Shown: positions 11,698-24,139, counted from the stretch's first letter. The stretch: 64,000 nucleotides of DNA from Squalus acanthias (GCA_030390025.1 CM059432.1:120716001-120780000), one strand, 5' to 3'. The notes: generated by a model from the letters alone, not told the origin. Made by a program: numbers and translations.

Positions 11698-13548
11698 TTG
11701 CTGAAGGAATAGCTGGCAGGTCAAGTAGAGATGAGAGAAGCAATCTGTCAATGGTGTGATAGGTTGTAACAATGACGTGAGACTGGATGGCAACTTTGCT
11801 GCAAATACTTGCAGCCTGTAGAAAGCTAAATGTGTGCTGGGAATGCAGCCAGCAACAGTTTCTGCCTGAGGAAAGTGACCAGCTGTGAGATGGGAGCTTT
11901 TATAGTTATTTCATGCTGTCATCTAATCAGCTGGAGCAATGGCCACTCAACTCCCGCCTCAGGCTGACCGACGTGGTTCCTGAGCTGCGTGAATCCTGTG
12001 GGCAGCCAGGGGAATTTAAAAGGTAGGCTGAAAAAGGCGCTTAAGAATCTCACAACAAAGTGTTAATGATTTGAATTAGGTCGCCCGCCTCAGCCGTTCG
12101 GGTCGCTGCCACACCGGCAAACGCGCCCGAGGGAAAGGCGCATGGGGGCGTGATGATGGCGAGTTCCCGACCCGCTGCAAACTTATTTCAAATTTCCCAC
12201 CCAACCTGCCTCCGATCACGCCCACATGGACCCCAAAAAATTCCAGCCCAGATGTCAGTATGCTGGATGTATTGGAGGAAGATGAAGGGGAGGGAGATGT
12301 GGAGCAGAAGAGGATCAGGGAAGTCCAAGGCCATAAGAGGAGAAGGAACACCAAGTTTCAATGAGGTCTCCTGGACTAGTTTTGATCACCTAAATTTTCC
12401 CTAAATGTATTCCCTAATTGAGCTGGGATTTTTCACCTCTCCCAGGAAATTACATGGTTCCAGGTGGGTAGCGAGTTTCTGTATCATGATGCAAAGGCAT
12501 CACGCCTGTATAGGATAGGTTAGATGGACCAGTTGGTCTTTTTCTCTCCGTCATTTTCGTATATTCTCCATTCCCACACTTCCTGTAGAAGCAACTTCAA
12601 TCAAACTCTGAAAAGGGAGGTGTTCTGTGGTATTTTCCAGCCAGCTGTACTTTACGGCAGCAAAACTACCCCCACAGACAGCATGTTTACATCTACCTCA
12701 TCGAGGAGTACTTTGTTAGGAGACTAAACACACCAGGTATGCCACTGAAGGACTGTGCCAGCTCCTGCAGTCAAGGAGCAACATCAGCACTGCTCTGCCA
12801 ATAACAGTATAAGTGACAATGGCACTCATTTTTTTTGTGCTACAGTTTGTGGTTTACTGCTGCATAACCAAAGTCCCATATACACGTGACTGAGGTGCCC
12901 TCTGATTATACATGAGTTGGCCTCCCCACCTTAAAGTTCACATTTCTCTGGTCCCCTCACGCAATAACTATCAGTTTTGTGAGTTCTCTGAATTTCCTTA
13001 GTGGCCCACAAAATTGCAGCACAACTGAATTGGACTGCTGTATGCTAAATGGCTGTTTAACAAGTTATTGACTCCATCAGCACCATTATGACAGGGGCAT
13101 TATAATTGACCACTCTATTGTATATTTGTTACAATGCACCTTATTTTGTAGAAAATGCACAGTGTGATCTTGGCCCAGATGGTGCGGTAAAAATGTAATT
13201 GAAAGTGTAATGAATGGTTGGCGTGCTTGTTTGCTGCTGACCGCAATATCTTCTGGGCCATTGTGTATACTCGAGAGTGTGTTAACAAAGAAGAGACAAG
13301 TAACTCTTATTCAACTTAGTTGGTCTAAAGAGAAAAACTATCTGTAATGACATTCTTAGAAATATGCACAGCAATCAGCATGTTTACTGCAGCATTAGTA
13401 TTAATAGTATTGATTTCAGTAATAATGCATGGCTGTGGTGCTATTTAGGATATCGTACAGGGAGCTCAAATAAATGATCATGGAAATAGGGGGTAGAATT
13501 TAGTCCAATGATTTGATGTCACCATGACCCAAATCCTGGGAACAGGGT

Positions 13549-13945
13549 CATAGAATCTTATAGCATAGAAGGAGGGCATTCGGCCCAATTAGTCCCACTC
13601 CCCGACTCTTTTCCCATAGACCTGCTAAATTTTCCTTTTCCAGTATATATCCAATTCACTTTTGAAAATGACTATTGAATCTGCTTCCACCAACCTTTCA
13701 GATAGTGCATTCCAGATCATAACAACTCACAACGTAAAAAATATTTTTCCTCATCTCCTTTATCTCATTTACCTTAAATCTGTGTCCTCTGGTTACCAAT
13801 CCTCCTGCCAGTGGAAATGGTTTCTCTCTATCTACTCAAACAAGACCCCTCATAATTTTGAACACCTCTATTAAATCTCCCCTTAACCTTCTCTGCTCTA
13901 AGCAAAACAATCCCAGCTTCTCTGGTCTCTCTACATAATTGACGT
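13549..13945 (-). mobile_element. CR1 3' fragment
   Basis: Minus strand encodes LGLFCLEQRRLRGDLIEVFKIMRG. TCATAGAATC tail at the left end. Confidence 0.85.
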
Positions 13946-14659
13946 CCCTTATCATATGTGGACAACCATCCATGGCTGAAACAGTACAACACTGGCATCC
14001 ACCCAGCAAGAAGAGCAAATCTCAGAGAAGCACGGTGCCAGTCCGAGAGGAGAATCCACAAGGCCTGCCATGGCCAAAGACAGAAGGCAAATTGCAGGCT
14101 TCTCTTCAGATCCAACAGTACAAAGCACCTATTCAAAGATTAGATGATTGCCCTGGAACCAATTTCCACTTGAAATTGACATTGTGGGGGCGAGATGTGG
14201 CACGGAACCGCATCTACGCCTGTTCTCCTTAGACATAGGTACTGCTGGGCCTAGCAGTGGCTCATCTGGTGAAATTTCAGGGATAGTTTGGGAATGTCCC
14301 TAAAAATGCCACCAAACTACTGTTGGGACATAGGGGGTGGACATAGAAGAAACATCTGCACCTGCCCCGATCTGGATTTGCTTATGAGTGGGACAGAAGC
14401 CTGACAGATCCAGGAACTGCTCCAAATTCTACAACCTCTGCCTCAAGAAAAAGTAGAATTTTTGGGTTGGGACAATGCAACTGAACAGCGCGAAATGATC
14501 CATTAGATTACAGTTAAGGGAGTGTCACGTTATTGGCTTCGTACACTAGATATTTTCTTGGGTGGTGCATCACTAACCACTGTCATAAATAGACCTTATG
14601 TTTGCTATGATCTGGTATGTGCCTTTTCTGCCTCCTCATTACATGAGATAATAAATTAC

Positions 14660-15710
14660 TGCAAAATAAATGCTGGAAGCAGTCAGCAGGTCAGGCAGTA
14701 AGTGTGGAGAGAGAACCAGTGTTAATGGCCTGGAATTTGCAGTCAGCGGTGAAGCAAAGGCGTTCGCTGCTGGCCGTGAAATAAGCTTCGTACAAAGATC
14801 TCGCGTTCTCTGTGGCGAGAAGTGCGACTTTTCTGACGTGCAATTGAAATCAACGCAAGTTAATGGGGAATCCCTAACGCGAGCTGCTGTGACGTCAACA
14901 GGCTGTCTAAGCAGCCAATCACAGTGCAGAATTCTCACTGACAGCGAACCAGGAAGTGAGTAAGCTCTTTTGATTCTAACTTTATAAAAAATGTTAGAGC
15001 CAACAAAACAATCATTGGGGCTCTCACATGGGGAAAAGGCTAACCTGAAATAAAGATGAACTAACTACTAAACAAATATATTTTTTAAAGTTTCTTAAAA
15101 ATTTAACTTTTATTAAAACAGATAAATTTAACACTCCACAAAAATTTTTCAGGCCCATAACCTTTGTTTACCAGTCAATACACTGTTAAAACCCCAGTTA
15201 CACCTAATCCAAAAGGATCTAACTTTTAATGGGATATTTAACAGCGTGATTATCGCGGAAGAGCCAAAGTTTTCGTCAGTTTCCATGATATGAGAGATTT
15301 AACTGATTGCCGGCTGTGGTGGGTGTGGGGGTGGTCGGGGGCGGTTCACAGTGCAACCAATGTCGGAGTAGTGAATGACTGACCACAACTTCAGGATTTC
15401 CAAATTAGGATGCGCGTGCGCTACATCCTGAAGTTTCAAAGGGGTAATAATGGCGAACGCTGTTCATTCACTGTTATTAAGCACCGCAGATTCTGGGCCA
15501 ATGTTTCAGGTCAATAAACTTTCATTAGAACTGGAAGGTGAACAGCTTTTACATAAGTACACAGCCAGGTAAAACGAGCCAGAAAAAGAACAAAAGGGAG
15601 GTCTGTGGAGGACAGGAGTGGAGGACAGGAGTGATTAAATGACAAAGTGATGATACAAGGCAAGAGGAGGTGATAATGAGATGAGTATAGAAATAAAATA
15701 TGAGTCTTAA
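14660..15710 (-). mobile_element. Penelope-like pLTR remnant split by MITE copy 2
   Basis: Removing 14727-15502 restores GAGAGAACCAGTGTTAATGTTTCAGGTC...TCATTAGAACTGG, matching the other pLTR copies. Confidence 0.7.
14727..15499. mobile_element. Non-autonomous PIF/Harbinger-type MITE, copy 2
   Basis: Termini GGCCTGGAATTTGC ... GCAGATTCTGGGCC with AAT TSD (14724-14726, 15500-15502). Colinear with 320-1308. Confidence 0.88.
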
Positions 15711-15914
15711 TTTATGCCCTCAAATTGCCAATTCATTGAACAATAGAAATGGTTTGGAGCCATAACCATTAATTGACCCTGAATGCAACTGCATAGTATT
15801 GTTATGTCTCCTTTGAGTGACATGGTTATGGGTTAAATACCCACATCAGAGACCTGAACTTAGGCAGATGCTTCAGTGCAATGCTATCAGAGGTGCTCCA
15901 CTGTGTTGTGTGGT

Positions 15915-17160
15915 ACTACCACTGTGCTAAGCGGGATTGATTAAGACCAGAACTAGCAGCTCAAATCTGGGTATCCATGAGGCGCTGTGGGCCATCAGCA
16001 GCAGCAGAATTGTATTCCACCACAATCTGTGACCTCATGGCCCGGCATATCCCTCACTCTACCATTACCATCAAGCCGGGGGACCAATGAGGAGTGTAGA
16101 AGAGTATGCCAGGAGCAGCACCAGGCATACCTAAAAATGAGGTGCCAACTTGGGGAAGCTACAACACAAGACTACATATATGTTAAATAATGGCAGCAAC
16201 ATGGCATTAATAGAGTGAAGCGATCCCACAACCAATGGATCAGATCAAAGCTCTGCAATCCTGCCACATCCAGTCATGAATGGTGGTGGACAATGAAGCA
16301 ACTAAGGGGAGGAGGAGGCTTCATGAACACTCCAGTCCTTAATGATGGTGGAGCTCAGTATGTAAGTGCAAAAGACAAGGCTGAAACATTCGCAACCATC
16401 TCCAGCAGAAGTGCCGAGTGGATGATCCAACTCGGCCTCCTCCTGAGGTCCCCACCATCACTTTTGCCAGTCTTCAGCCAATTCGATTCACTCCACATCA
16501 TATCAAGAAACAGCTGAGTGCCCTGAACACAGCACAGGCTATGGGTCCTGACATCCCGGGCTGTAGTACTGAAGACTTGTGCTCCAGAACTAGCCATGCC
16601 TCTAGCCAAGCTGTTCCAGTACAGCTACAACACTGGCATCTACCCGGCAAAGTGGAAAATTGCCCAGATATGTCCTGTCCACAAAAAAGCAGGACAAATT
16701 TAACGTGGCCAATTACTGTCCTATCAGCCTACTCTAAATCATCAGCAGTGAAGGAAGGCATCATCAACAGTGCTATGAAGCCGCACTTACTCACCAATAA
16801 CCTGCTCAATGATGCTCATTTTGGGTTCCATCAGGACCACTTAGCTCCAGACCTCATTTCAGCCTTGGTCCAAATATGGACAAAAGAGCTGAATTCCATA
16901 GGTGAGGTGAGAGTGACTGCCCTTAACATCAAGGCAGCATTTGACAGAGTGCCCAAATGTAGCAAGACCTGGTAAACATTCAGGCTTGGGCCAATAAGTG
17001 GCAAGTAATATTTGCGCCATGCAAGTGCCAGGCAATGACCACACGGACTGCTGTGGCTTGAGAAGAAGGCCCACCACCACCTTCTCAAGGGCAACTAGGG
17101 ACGAGCAATAAATGCCAGCCTTGCCAGCAACGCCCACATTCCGAGAATGAATTTTTAAAA
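15915..17160 (+). mobile_element. Internally deleted APE/RT LINE, same family as 62356-64000, with 3' end
   Basis: EECRRVCQEQHQAYLKMRCQ, HNQWIRSKLC, FGFHQDH and ALNIKAAFDRV, then jumps to the 3' end CACCACCACCTTCTCAAGGGCAACTAGG...AATAAATGC. Confidence 0.88.
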
Positions 17161-18519
17161 GCTAGTCACTCACAACTTTTACACAGGCATTTGAAAGATT
17201 AAAGATTTCTGGCTCTGATGCACCAGATCATATTCAACGGTTCTTATTTACAATCAGGCGTTGATTCAGCAGGTTCCCTTTGTTTCAAAACATTTATTGT
17301 CTTGGTAACACCCCCTCCCCTGATGCACACAAGCCTTGTATTTATTCATAACTTGATTATTTGGACAGCAATATCAATGCTGGATAAATCAGTGTTGCAA
17401 ACCCACTGGCATACTCACCATATTACATTGATTGTTAATGTTCCCTTGCATTACTGTTGTTGAGGATAGCCACTGCAGTTTATGAACTGACCATTACTTT
17501 GAGAGGAAATTGTTTTTCAATAAATATCCTTTAATTTAAGCCAATTTATCATTAGTAGCTAAGTATAATTTAAAAAAAAACACAAGCACGCCTCATAATG
17601 GTAAATAGTGATCGTATTATTGGGTATTTCAGGCACTGCCTGTCTCTGTATTAGCGCTCAGTCAAACTCCCTGATACACAGACAGCATTAAATTTCTTAT
17701 TTCATCATATGATCATATTTACGGTTCAAATTACACAGTATAATATGCTGGGTGACCTCTGCTACATTAGTATGAAACCAAGATGCAGAATGTTAAAAGT
17801 AACAACAGAAAGTCCTTACATTTTACAAATGCTGTTAATAAAACTAAAAGTTGTATTAAAAAAAAATCTTCCTAGCATTTGATTATGAATTCCTGATAAA
17901 TGAATAAGATTTTCCTGGAACTTGGGTTATTAATATGAATTAGTTTTATTATACACAACATAAAAGTATTATACCTTGTTTTTGTCGGCTTATCATATAC
18001 ACTGTGCTTCCCTAACCTCAGCAGTCCAATCATGCCTTGGTGAGGCAGAACCCACTCAGGTTTTTGAGAAGAAGACTTTGACATTTTTAGAATCCTTGCA
18101 GTCGGGCCTCAGTGGAAATGAAGTTCCACTCGCACATCATGTTAACTTCTTCTGTATACCCTGTCTAAATATGGTTGAGAAGACATAGGATTGTTTCTAA
18201 TGTAAGCTGAGATATGTCAGTCAAGCTTAATTACAGTTTTAGACACAAAAGCTGGTGGCAGTGTTATTAATTTCTCAGCTGGTCCGGGTGCTGATTTGCA
18301 TACGGACAATGACTTCTTGATTTGGTTCGCCTTTCATTATGAAGGTAATCACACACATCCCGTTCAAACACGCGTCATGAACTATTGTCAACTGCTCAAG
18401 AGTGCGACGTCATCAAATAACTAAAAATAGACCAGATCTAACTTTTGGGTTTGGTCCTACCTGTGAAGCATTATAAAATATACAGACCAAAACATTTATT
18501 TCCAAATATGCAAGTAGTA

Positions 18520-18935
18520 GAAAGAAAGAACAAACTTGCCTTGATATAGCACCTTTCATGTCCTCAGGCTGTCCCGAAATGCTTCACAGCCAGTGAGTTA
18601 CTTTGGAAGTGCAGTCACTGTTGTTAAGAAGCAACCCAGACCCGCACAGCAAGGCCACACAAGCAACAATGAAATAAAGGACCAGATTTTCTGTTTTGGT
18701 GGTGTTGGCCAGGACACTGAGTGAACGCCCAGCTCCTCTCAAATATGGCCATGGGATCTTTTACATTTATATGAACTGGATGACGGAACCTCAGTGTAAC
18801 ATCTCGCCTTAAAGACAGCACTACCTACATTGCCGTACTCCCTCAGTACTGTACTGAAGTGTCAGCCTAGATAGCATGTTCAAGTCCTGGAGTAAGCTTT
18901 GAACCTATGACTTTCTGACTCAAAGGTCGGAGTGC
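18520..18935 (-). mobile_element. tRNA-derived SINE with Deu/Nin-domain-like centre and L2-like tail
   Basis: B-box-like GGTTCAAA on the minus strand near 18905. Central GGGATCTTTTAC...CCTCAGTGTAACATCTC resembles the Deu/Nin domain (recalled, not aligned). The 3' end matches 40735-40855 and 62136-62345. Confidence 0.65.
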
Positions 18936-19091
18936 AACATGATCATCACTTCATAAACTATCAGTGATTATATCATAATCACTAATCCTAAAAAATCATT
19001 CAACAGTGATATGGGCTGTCTGGCCATTGTTGTCTACAATTTACAGTCTAAAAGGACAAGAATTTATATATATATTCTATATACGTATATA

Positions 19092-19598
19092 TCTACGTAA
19101 ACTTGAGGTACTCCAAAACTCGGCTGCCTGTGTCCTAACTCGCACTGTCCTAAGTCCCATTCACCCATCACCCCTGTGCACGCTGACCTACATTGGCTCC
19201 CGGTTAAGCGCCTCGATTTCAAAATTCTCATCCTTGTTTTCAAATTCCTTCATGGCCTCACCCCTCCCTATCTCTGTAATCTCCTTCAGCCCCACAACCC
19301 CCCAAGATATCTGTGCTCCTCTAATTCTGCCCTCTTGAGCATCCCTGATTATAATCGCTCAACCTTTGGTGGCCATGCCTTCTGTTGCCTAGGCCCTAAG
19401 CTCTGGAATTCCCTGCCTAAACCTCTCCGCCTCGCTACCTCTCTTTCTTCCTTTAAGATGCTCCTTAAACCTACCTCTTTCCTGCCCTAATTTCTTGGTG
19501 GCTTGGTGTCAAACCTTTTGTCTTTTAATACTCCTGTGAAGCACCTTGGGACGTTTTACTACGTTAAAGGCGCTATATAAATACAAGTTGTTGTTGTT
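19092..19598 (+). mobile_element. L2 LINE 3' fragment
   Basis: LRKLEVLQNSAA, LHWLPVKR.DFKIL and GPKLWNSLP. Tail GGCGCTATATAAATACAA(GTT)n. Confidence 0.92.
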
Positions 19599-19613
19599 TT
19601 TGTATATATATTA

Positions 19614-20016
19614 GGGGTACCGTAGCATAGTGGTTATGTTACTGGATTAGTAATCCAGAAGCCTGAACTAATGATCTGGAGCCGTGAGTTCAAATCCCAC
19701 CATGGCAGCTGGGAAATTTAAATACAATTAAATAAATCTGGAATTAAAAACTACTGGATTATCATAAAAACCCATCTGGTTCACTAATGTCCTTTAGGGA
19801 AGGGAAATCTGCTGTCAGTTACCCAATCTGGCCTATATATGATTCCAGACCCACAGCAATGTGGTTGACTCTTAACTGCCCTCTGAAATGGCCTAGCAAG
19901 CCACTCAGTTGTATTCAAGAAGGCAGCTCTCCAGCACCTTCTCGAGGGCAATTACAGGGTGGCAATAAATGCTGGTCTTGCCAGCGACGCACAGATCCTG
20001 AGCATGTATAAAAAAA
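19614..20016 (+). mobile_element. Full-length tRNA-headed SINE
   Basis: A box TAGCATAGTGG (19623-19633) and B box GAGTTCAAATCC (19686-19697). The body matches 62356-62563, the tail matches the LINE 3' end at ~17060-17155, and it ends in an A-rich run. Confidence 0.88.
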
Positions 20017-22339
20017 ACAACATTAATTTTAAGACTGCAATCTCAGTACTAGGATCAGAAAGTGTTTATAAACTTTAGCTACATCTGAAACCCTGGATGA
20101 GATTGCGTTGTGTAATCAATGTCAGATATTCAATATTCTCCACGTTATGTGACTGAACAGTATTGATAACATTTTCTTTATATCAACAGAATAATTTTGT
20201 TCACCAGTATATGTCTGAAAACTGTACTGTGTTAAGAAATAACAGTCTTCTCGTTCACTATTACTGTTCAGTACCACTGTGGATGTTTGGTGGAATAATA
20301 AAGCAGGACGACAGTATTGACCGGTTCCACGGTGCAGAATGATTTTTTTCCAATTGCTTTTAGTTTTGCACCTGTGAATCTAACTGCCTCATTGAAGTAT
20401 TAAGCGTATTTGAGTTGTTGTAATACATCGTGGGAAGTACAAGAAATTTCCTAGACAATAATTGGATAGGATAGGTGTGCAGAGTTCTGTAATATATTGG
20501 TCTCTTTACAACTGCGCAGAAAAAAGAAAGGACTCACTGAATGGTCTATCCTCAACATTGTGATCAGTATCTGAATTGGCAGATTTGGGAAAATTAGTAA
20601 TTTAAATTTCTTTCGCACTGAAAATCTTGCTTGTATCATCAGAAATATAGCTCATGTAATTTTACAAAGTGAGTTAATATGATTTGAGATTTCCGCAGGA
20701 GGATATAAACACTTTCCCCGCACGTGCTGTGAAAATTAACATGCTACTGGTGCCTTTATATTTCTCAGTGGAAAGCAAGAGCGGTACATTCATACAGCCC
20801 ACACTGAACAAATCTGCACTGCCTGTAACACCTTTTACCAGCTGTACATTCTTGGCAATGTGGCTCATGCTTCTTGAAATCCCGCTTTATAATTCATTCC
20901 TAAACAGCACATTCAGATCATTGGACCAAATGAACAAAGCAAGTCAGATTTCCGCAAAAGTTTTCTCCCTCGATCTCTGTGACGTCAGCAGAAGAGCTGC
21001 GGAAACTCCGGGAAAACGGCGTAATCACCGTTTATGCATTTTTCTGGGTTCCTGTGGCTCTTCCATAAGGGTTACGGCAGAGGAGCGGAAGAACCCCACA
21101 GAGATTCACTGCCAATGTATCATTCTGGGAGTTATTGTACAGCTCATACATAGTCAATAATAAGTCTAGATAAATAGATATAACTTCATACATGTGGGAT
21201 ATGAGTTTTATTCAACATATAGCAGATAAACCTAGCTTGATCTCATTTCCCATGAGAGTCACTAACAGTCAAAGTTCATACAGTTCTTAGCACCACCGAC
21301 TGCTAGCTGTAACCATAGTAACTGAGTCATTTGGGGGTGAATTTCCTTACTGTTTTCAATGCATTAGTGGAGTATAAACGGCATAGGAATTGGTTTTTTT
21401 TGGCAGGAAAATTGAGTGGAAATCATTTTTGCCCATTGTGTGCCTTTAAAATGTCTCTCCTGAGTTCCCTCACTCCTTTAAAACCTTCCCATGATCCGCC
21501 AACCACATCCCAATAGGCTTCATTTCCATTTGCCAGAGGGAGATCCACTGGTGTATTATGGGTTTGCAGTCCTATTGCACTCTGGGTAAGTCAAACTGAG
21601 ATTTGTAAGGTGCAGCAACTGATACAGGTGAAGTGAGGCGCTCCTGACACAGAAGAGTCTGGGCACATTCATTACAGGAAGCTGGGAAACTGTAAAAAGT
21701 CTGTAAAATTGCTTTGTCATTATGCCTACACACCTGGGCTTGTTTCTCACTGCTTCGCACAAGGTCAAACTACTGGCAAATATTTGGAAGCTACGATGAA
21801 TGCTGTGCTCCATTCTGTCCTCTATTGCCTCTCGAGCTATAGTCTGTGTTCCATGGAGGTGGATGTGCCAATTGGTCCCTGGTCAAACTAAGGATCTGCT
21901 GTTAATTCCAATGCAGTTGCTATACACTACATTGGTGTATGCAATGAATATAAAGCTGCTGTATGCTCAAAGTCACACCTAAAAGTTGCTGGTAATCCCT
22001 GGAGACTGACACAGCCTGCCCGTGGGTGTTCTGTTCCTCGAACGTCCTTCATTTCAGGTGAATACGCATGAGTTCTAGGTCCCATGACCCCAAAGCCATT
22101 GGTAGGCTTCTCCCTAGATTCCCCATGGAAGGTGACACATCCTCACTCACTCCCCACTCCTCCAGTTCTCTCATGCTCCCGGTGTCAAATCCACACTACC
22201 ACTATCTAATTCCCCTTCAGGTGAAAGTCTTTCATCTGGTGCCTGGCAGAGAGGAAGCAAGTGCCGCAGGTGCTGAGTTGGAATGGCTTGTGGCACAGGA
22301 AGATGGGGCAGGGTGGACTCATTATGGTGCAGATTCCCT

Positions 22340-23775
22340 AGAATGATACTAGAGCTAAAAGGGTTAAATTATGACTCCAGGTTGCATAAACTTGAATTGT
22401 ATTACCTTGAGTTTAGAAGGATGAATAATGATCTAAACAAATGGAATTTAACCCTGAAAAGTGTGAGGTGATGCATTTTGGGAGGACTAACAAGGCAAGG
22501 GAATACACAATGAATGGTAGGACCCTAGGGAGGACAGAGGATCAGAGGGACCTTGGTGTGCATGTACATAGATCCCTAAAGGCAGCAGGACAGGTAGATA
22601 AGGTGGTTAAGAAGGTGATGTAAGAAAACTACTAGGCACTTGGTCTAAGCGTTAAACAAAGCTTTAATCAACTGTTTTTCAACATGAAGATCTAGTTGTG
22701 TCCTTCACTAGTTCCTGTTGAGGAATGTCCTAAGCAAGCTGGGCCCATGCCCGAGTATTTATACTCTCCCTGGACAGCGCCACCAGCAGGCCGCCCAGTA
22801 TTACTTCATACATGAATGACAAGATTCATGTCAGAAGGCATATGGGATACTTGCCTTCATTAGCCGAGGCATAGAATATAAGAGCAGGGAGGTTATGATG
22901 GAGCTGTACAAAACGCTAGTTAGGTCACAGCTGGAATACTGTGTGCAACTCTGGTCGCCACACTATAGGAAGGATGTGATTGCATTGGAGAGGGTGCAGA
23001 GGAGATTCACCAGGATGTTACCTGGGCTGGAGCGCTTCAGCTATGAAGAGAGACTGGACAGGTTGGGGTTGTTTTCCTTAGAGCAGAGAAGGCTGAGAGG
23101 GGATCTGATTGAGGTGTACAAAATTATGAGGGGCATAGATAGGGTAGATAGAAAGGAACTTTTCCCCTTAGTAGAGGGGTCAATAACCAGGGGGCATAGT
23201 TTCAAGGTAAGGGGCAGGAGGTTTAGAGGGGATTTGAGGAAAAACTTTTTCACCCAGAGGGTGGTTGGAATCTAGAACTCACTGACTGAAAGGATGGTAG
23301 AGGCAGGAACCCTCACAACATTCAAGAAGCATTTAGATGAGCACTTGAAACGCCATAGCATACAAGGCTATGGACCAAGTGCTGGAAAATGGGATTAGAA
23401 TAGATAGGGCTTGATGGCAGGCATGGACACGATGGGCCGAAGGGCCGCTTTCTGTGCTGTATAACTCTATGACTCTATGACTCTATAAGGTGTTCAAAAT
23501 GATAAAGGGCTTTGATAGGGTAGATACAGAGAAACTATTTCCTTTAGTGAAAGAATCCAGAACAAGACGGTATAATCTTAAAATTAGAGCTAGGCTATTC
23601 AGGACTGAAATCTGGAAGCACTTTTTCACAAAAGGCTGTATATGCTGGGTTAATTTAAATTTTCAAGACTGAGCTCGATAGATTTTTGGTAGGTAAGGGT
23701 TTCAAGCGATATGGAACAAAGGCAGGTAAATGGAGTTGAGGTACAGATCAGACATGATTCCTGTTCCTATGTTCT
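22340..23775 (+). mobile_element. Older CR1 3' fragment (22340-22435 and ~23488-23775) interrupted by a younger CR1 (~22436-23487)
   Basis: The outer copy reads RLHKLELYYLEFRRMNNDL | VFKMIKGFDRVD across the insert. The inner copy encodes FNPEKCEVMHFG...YKTLVRSQLEYC...RGDLIEVYK and has a (CTCTATGA)n tail. Confidence 0.9.
22616..22833 (-). mobile_element. 218-bp solo LTR
   Basis: TG...CA termini with a perfect 5-bp TSD GAAGG (22611-22615, 22834-22838) inside CR1 coding sequence. TATAAATA and ATTAAA on the minus strand. Confidence 0.88.
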
Positions 23776-24139
23776 AATAGGTGAGGATGCCCCATCTGGG
23801 GATCTGCATTGTGTGTCAATTTGTCCTGCTAGAAGATAGAGTGTTAGAGGGCAAGGCTAGCAGCTGAGGTGCATATGCCAAGTGGCATGGTAGAGGTAAA
23901 GTAAGAGATGTTAAGAGTATGAGGCTGTTAAAGTAGAGGAAGGAGTTTAAGGGTTGTGCATGTAAGTAATTTCTAATAGGGGAGCTGAGTAGCTATAGTG
24001 TAAGATGTCAAGTTAGAGCCACTCTTAACCAGGGTGCAGTATGAAGAGTTTGTTGTTGAAGTGTTGCTTTAAGAAGGTGAAGGAAGTGCTGCCGCCCAAG
24101 GTGAGGAAGGAAGAAAAGGAAAGAATGCTCAATATGTAA

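Larger units (their letters stand above)
5261..12249. mobile_element. PIF/Harbinger DNA transposon with both termini, decayed, carrying nested insertions
   Basis: TIR GGGCCGGAATTTT (5261) and AAAATTCCAGCCC (12249), 1 mismatch. Trimming 1 bp from each end gives a CAG/CAG 3-bp TSD. Contains the canonical convergent Myb/SANT and DDE transposase pair. Confidence 0.9.

Noticed and set aside
13945..14140. Possible RTE-like LINE fragment
   Set aside because: Only a vague resemblance, with no diagnostic motif.
19614..19705. tRNA gene
   Set aside because: A and B boxes are present, but there is no convincing cloverleaf and the sequence runs into a SINE body and tail.
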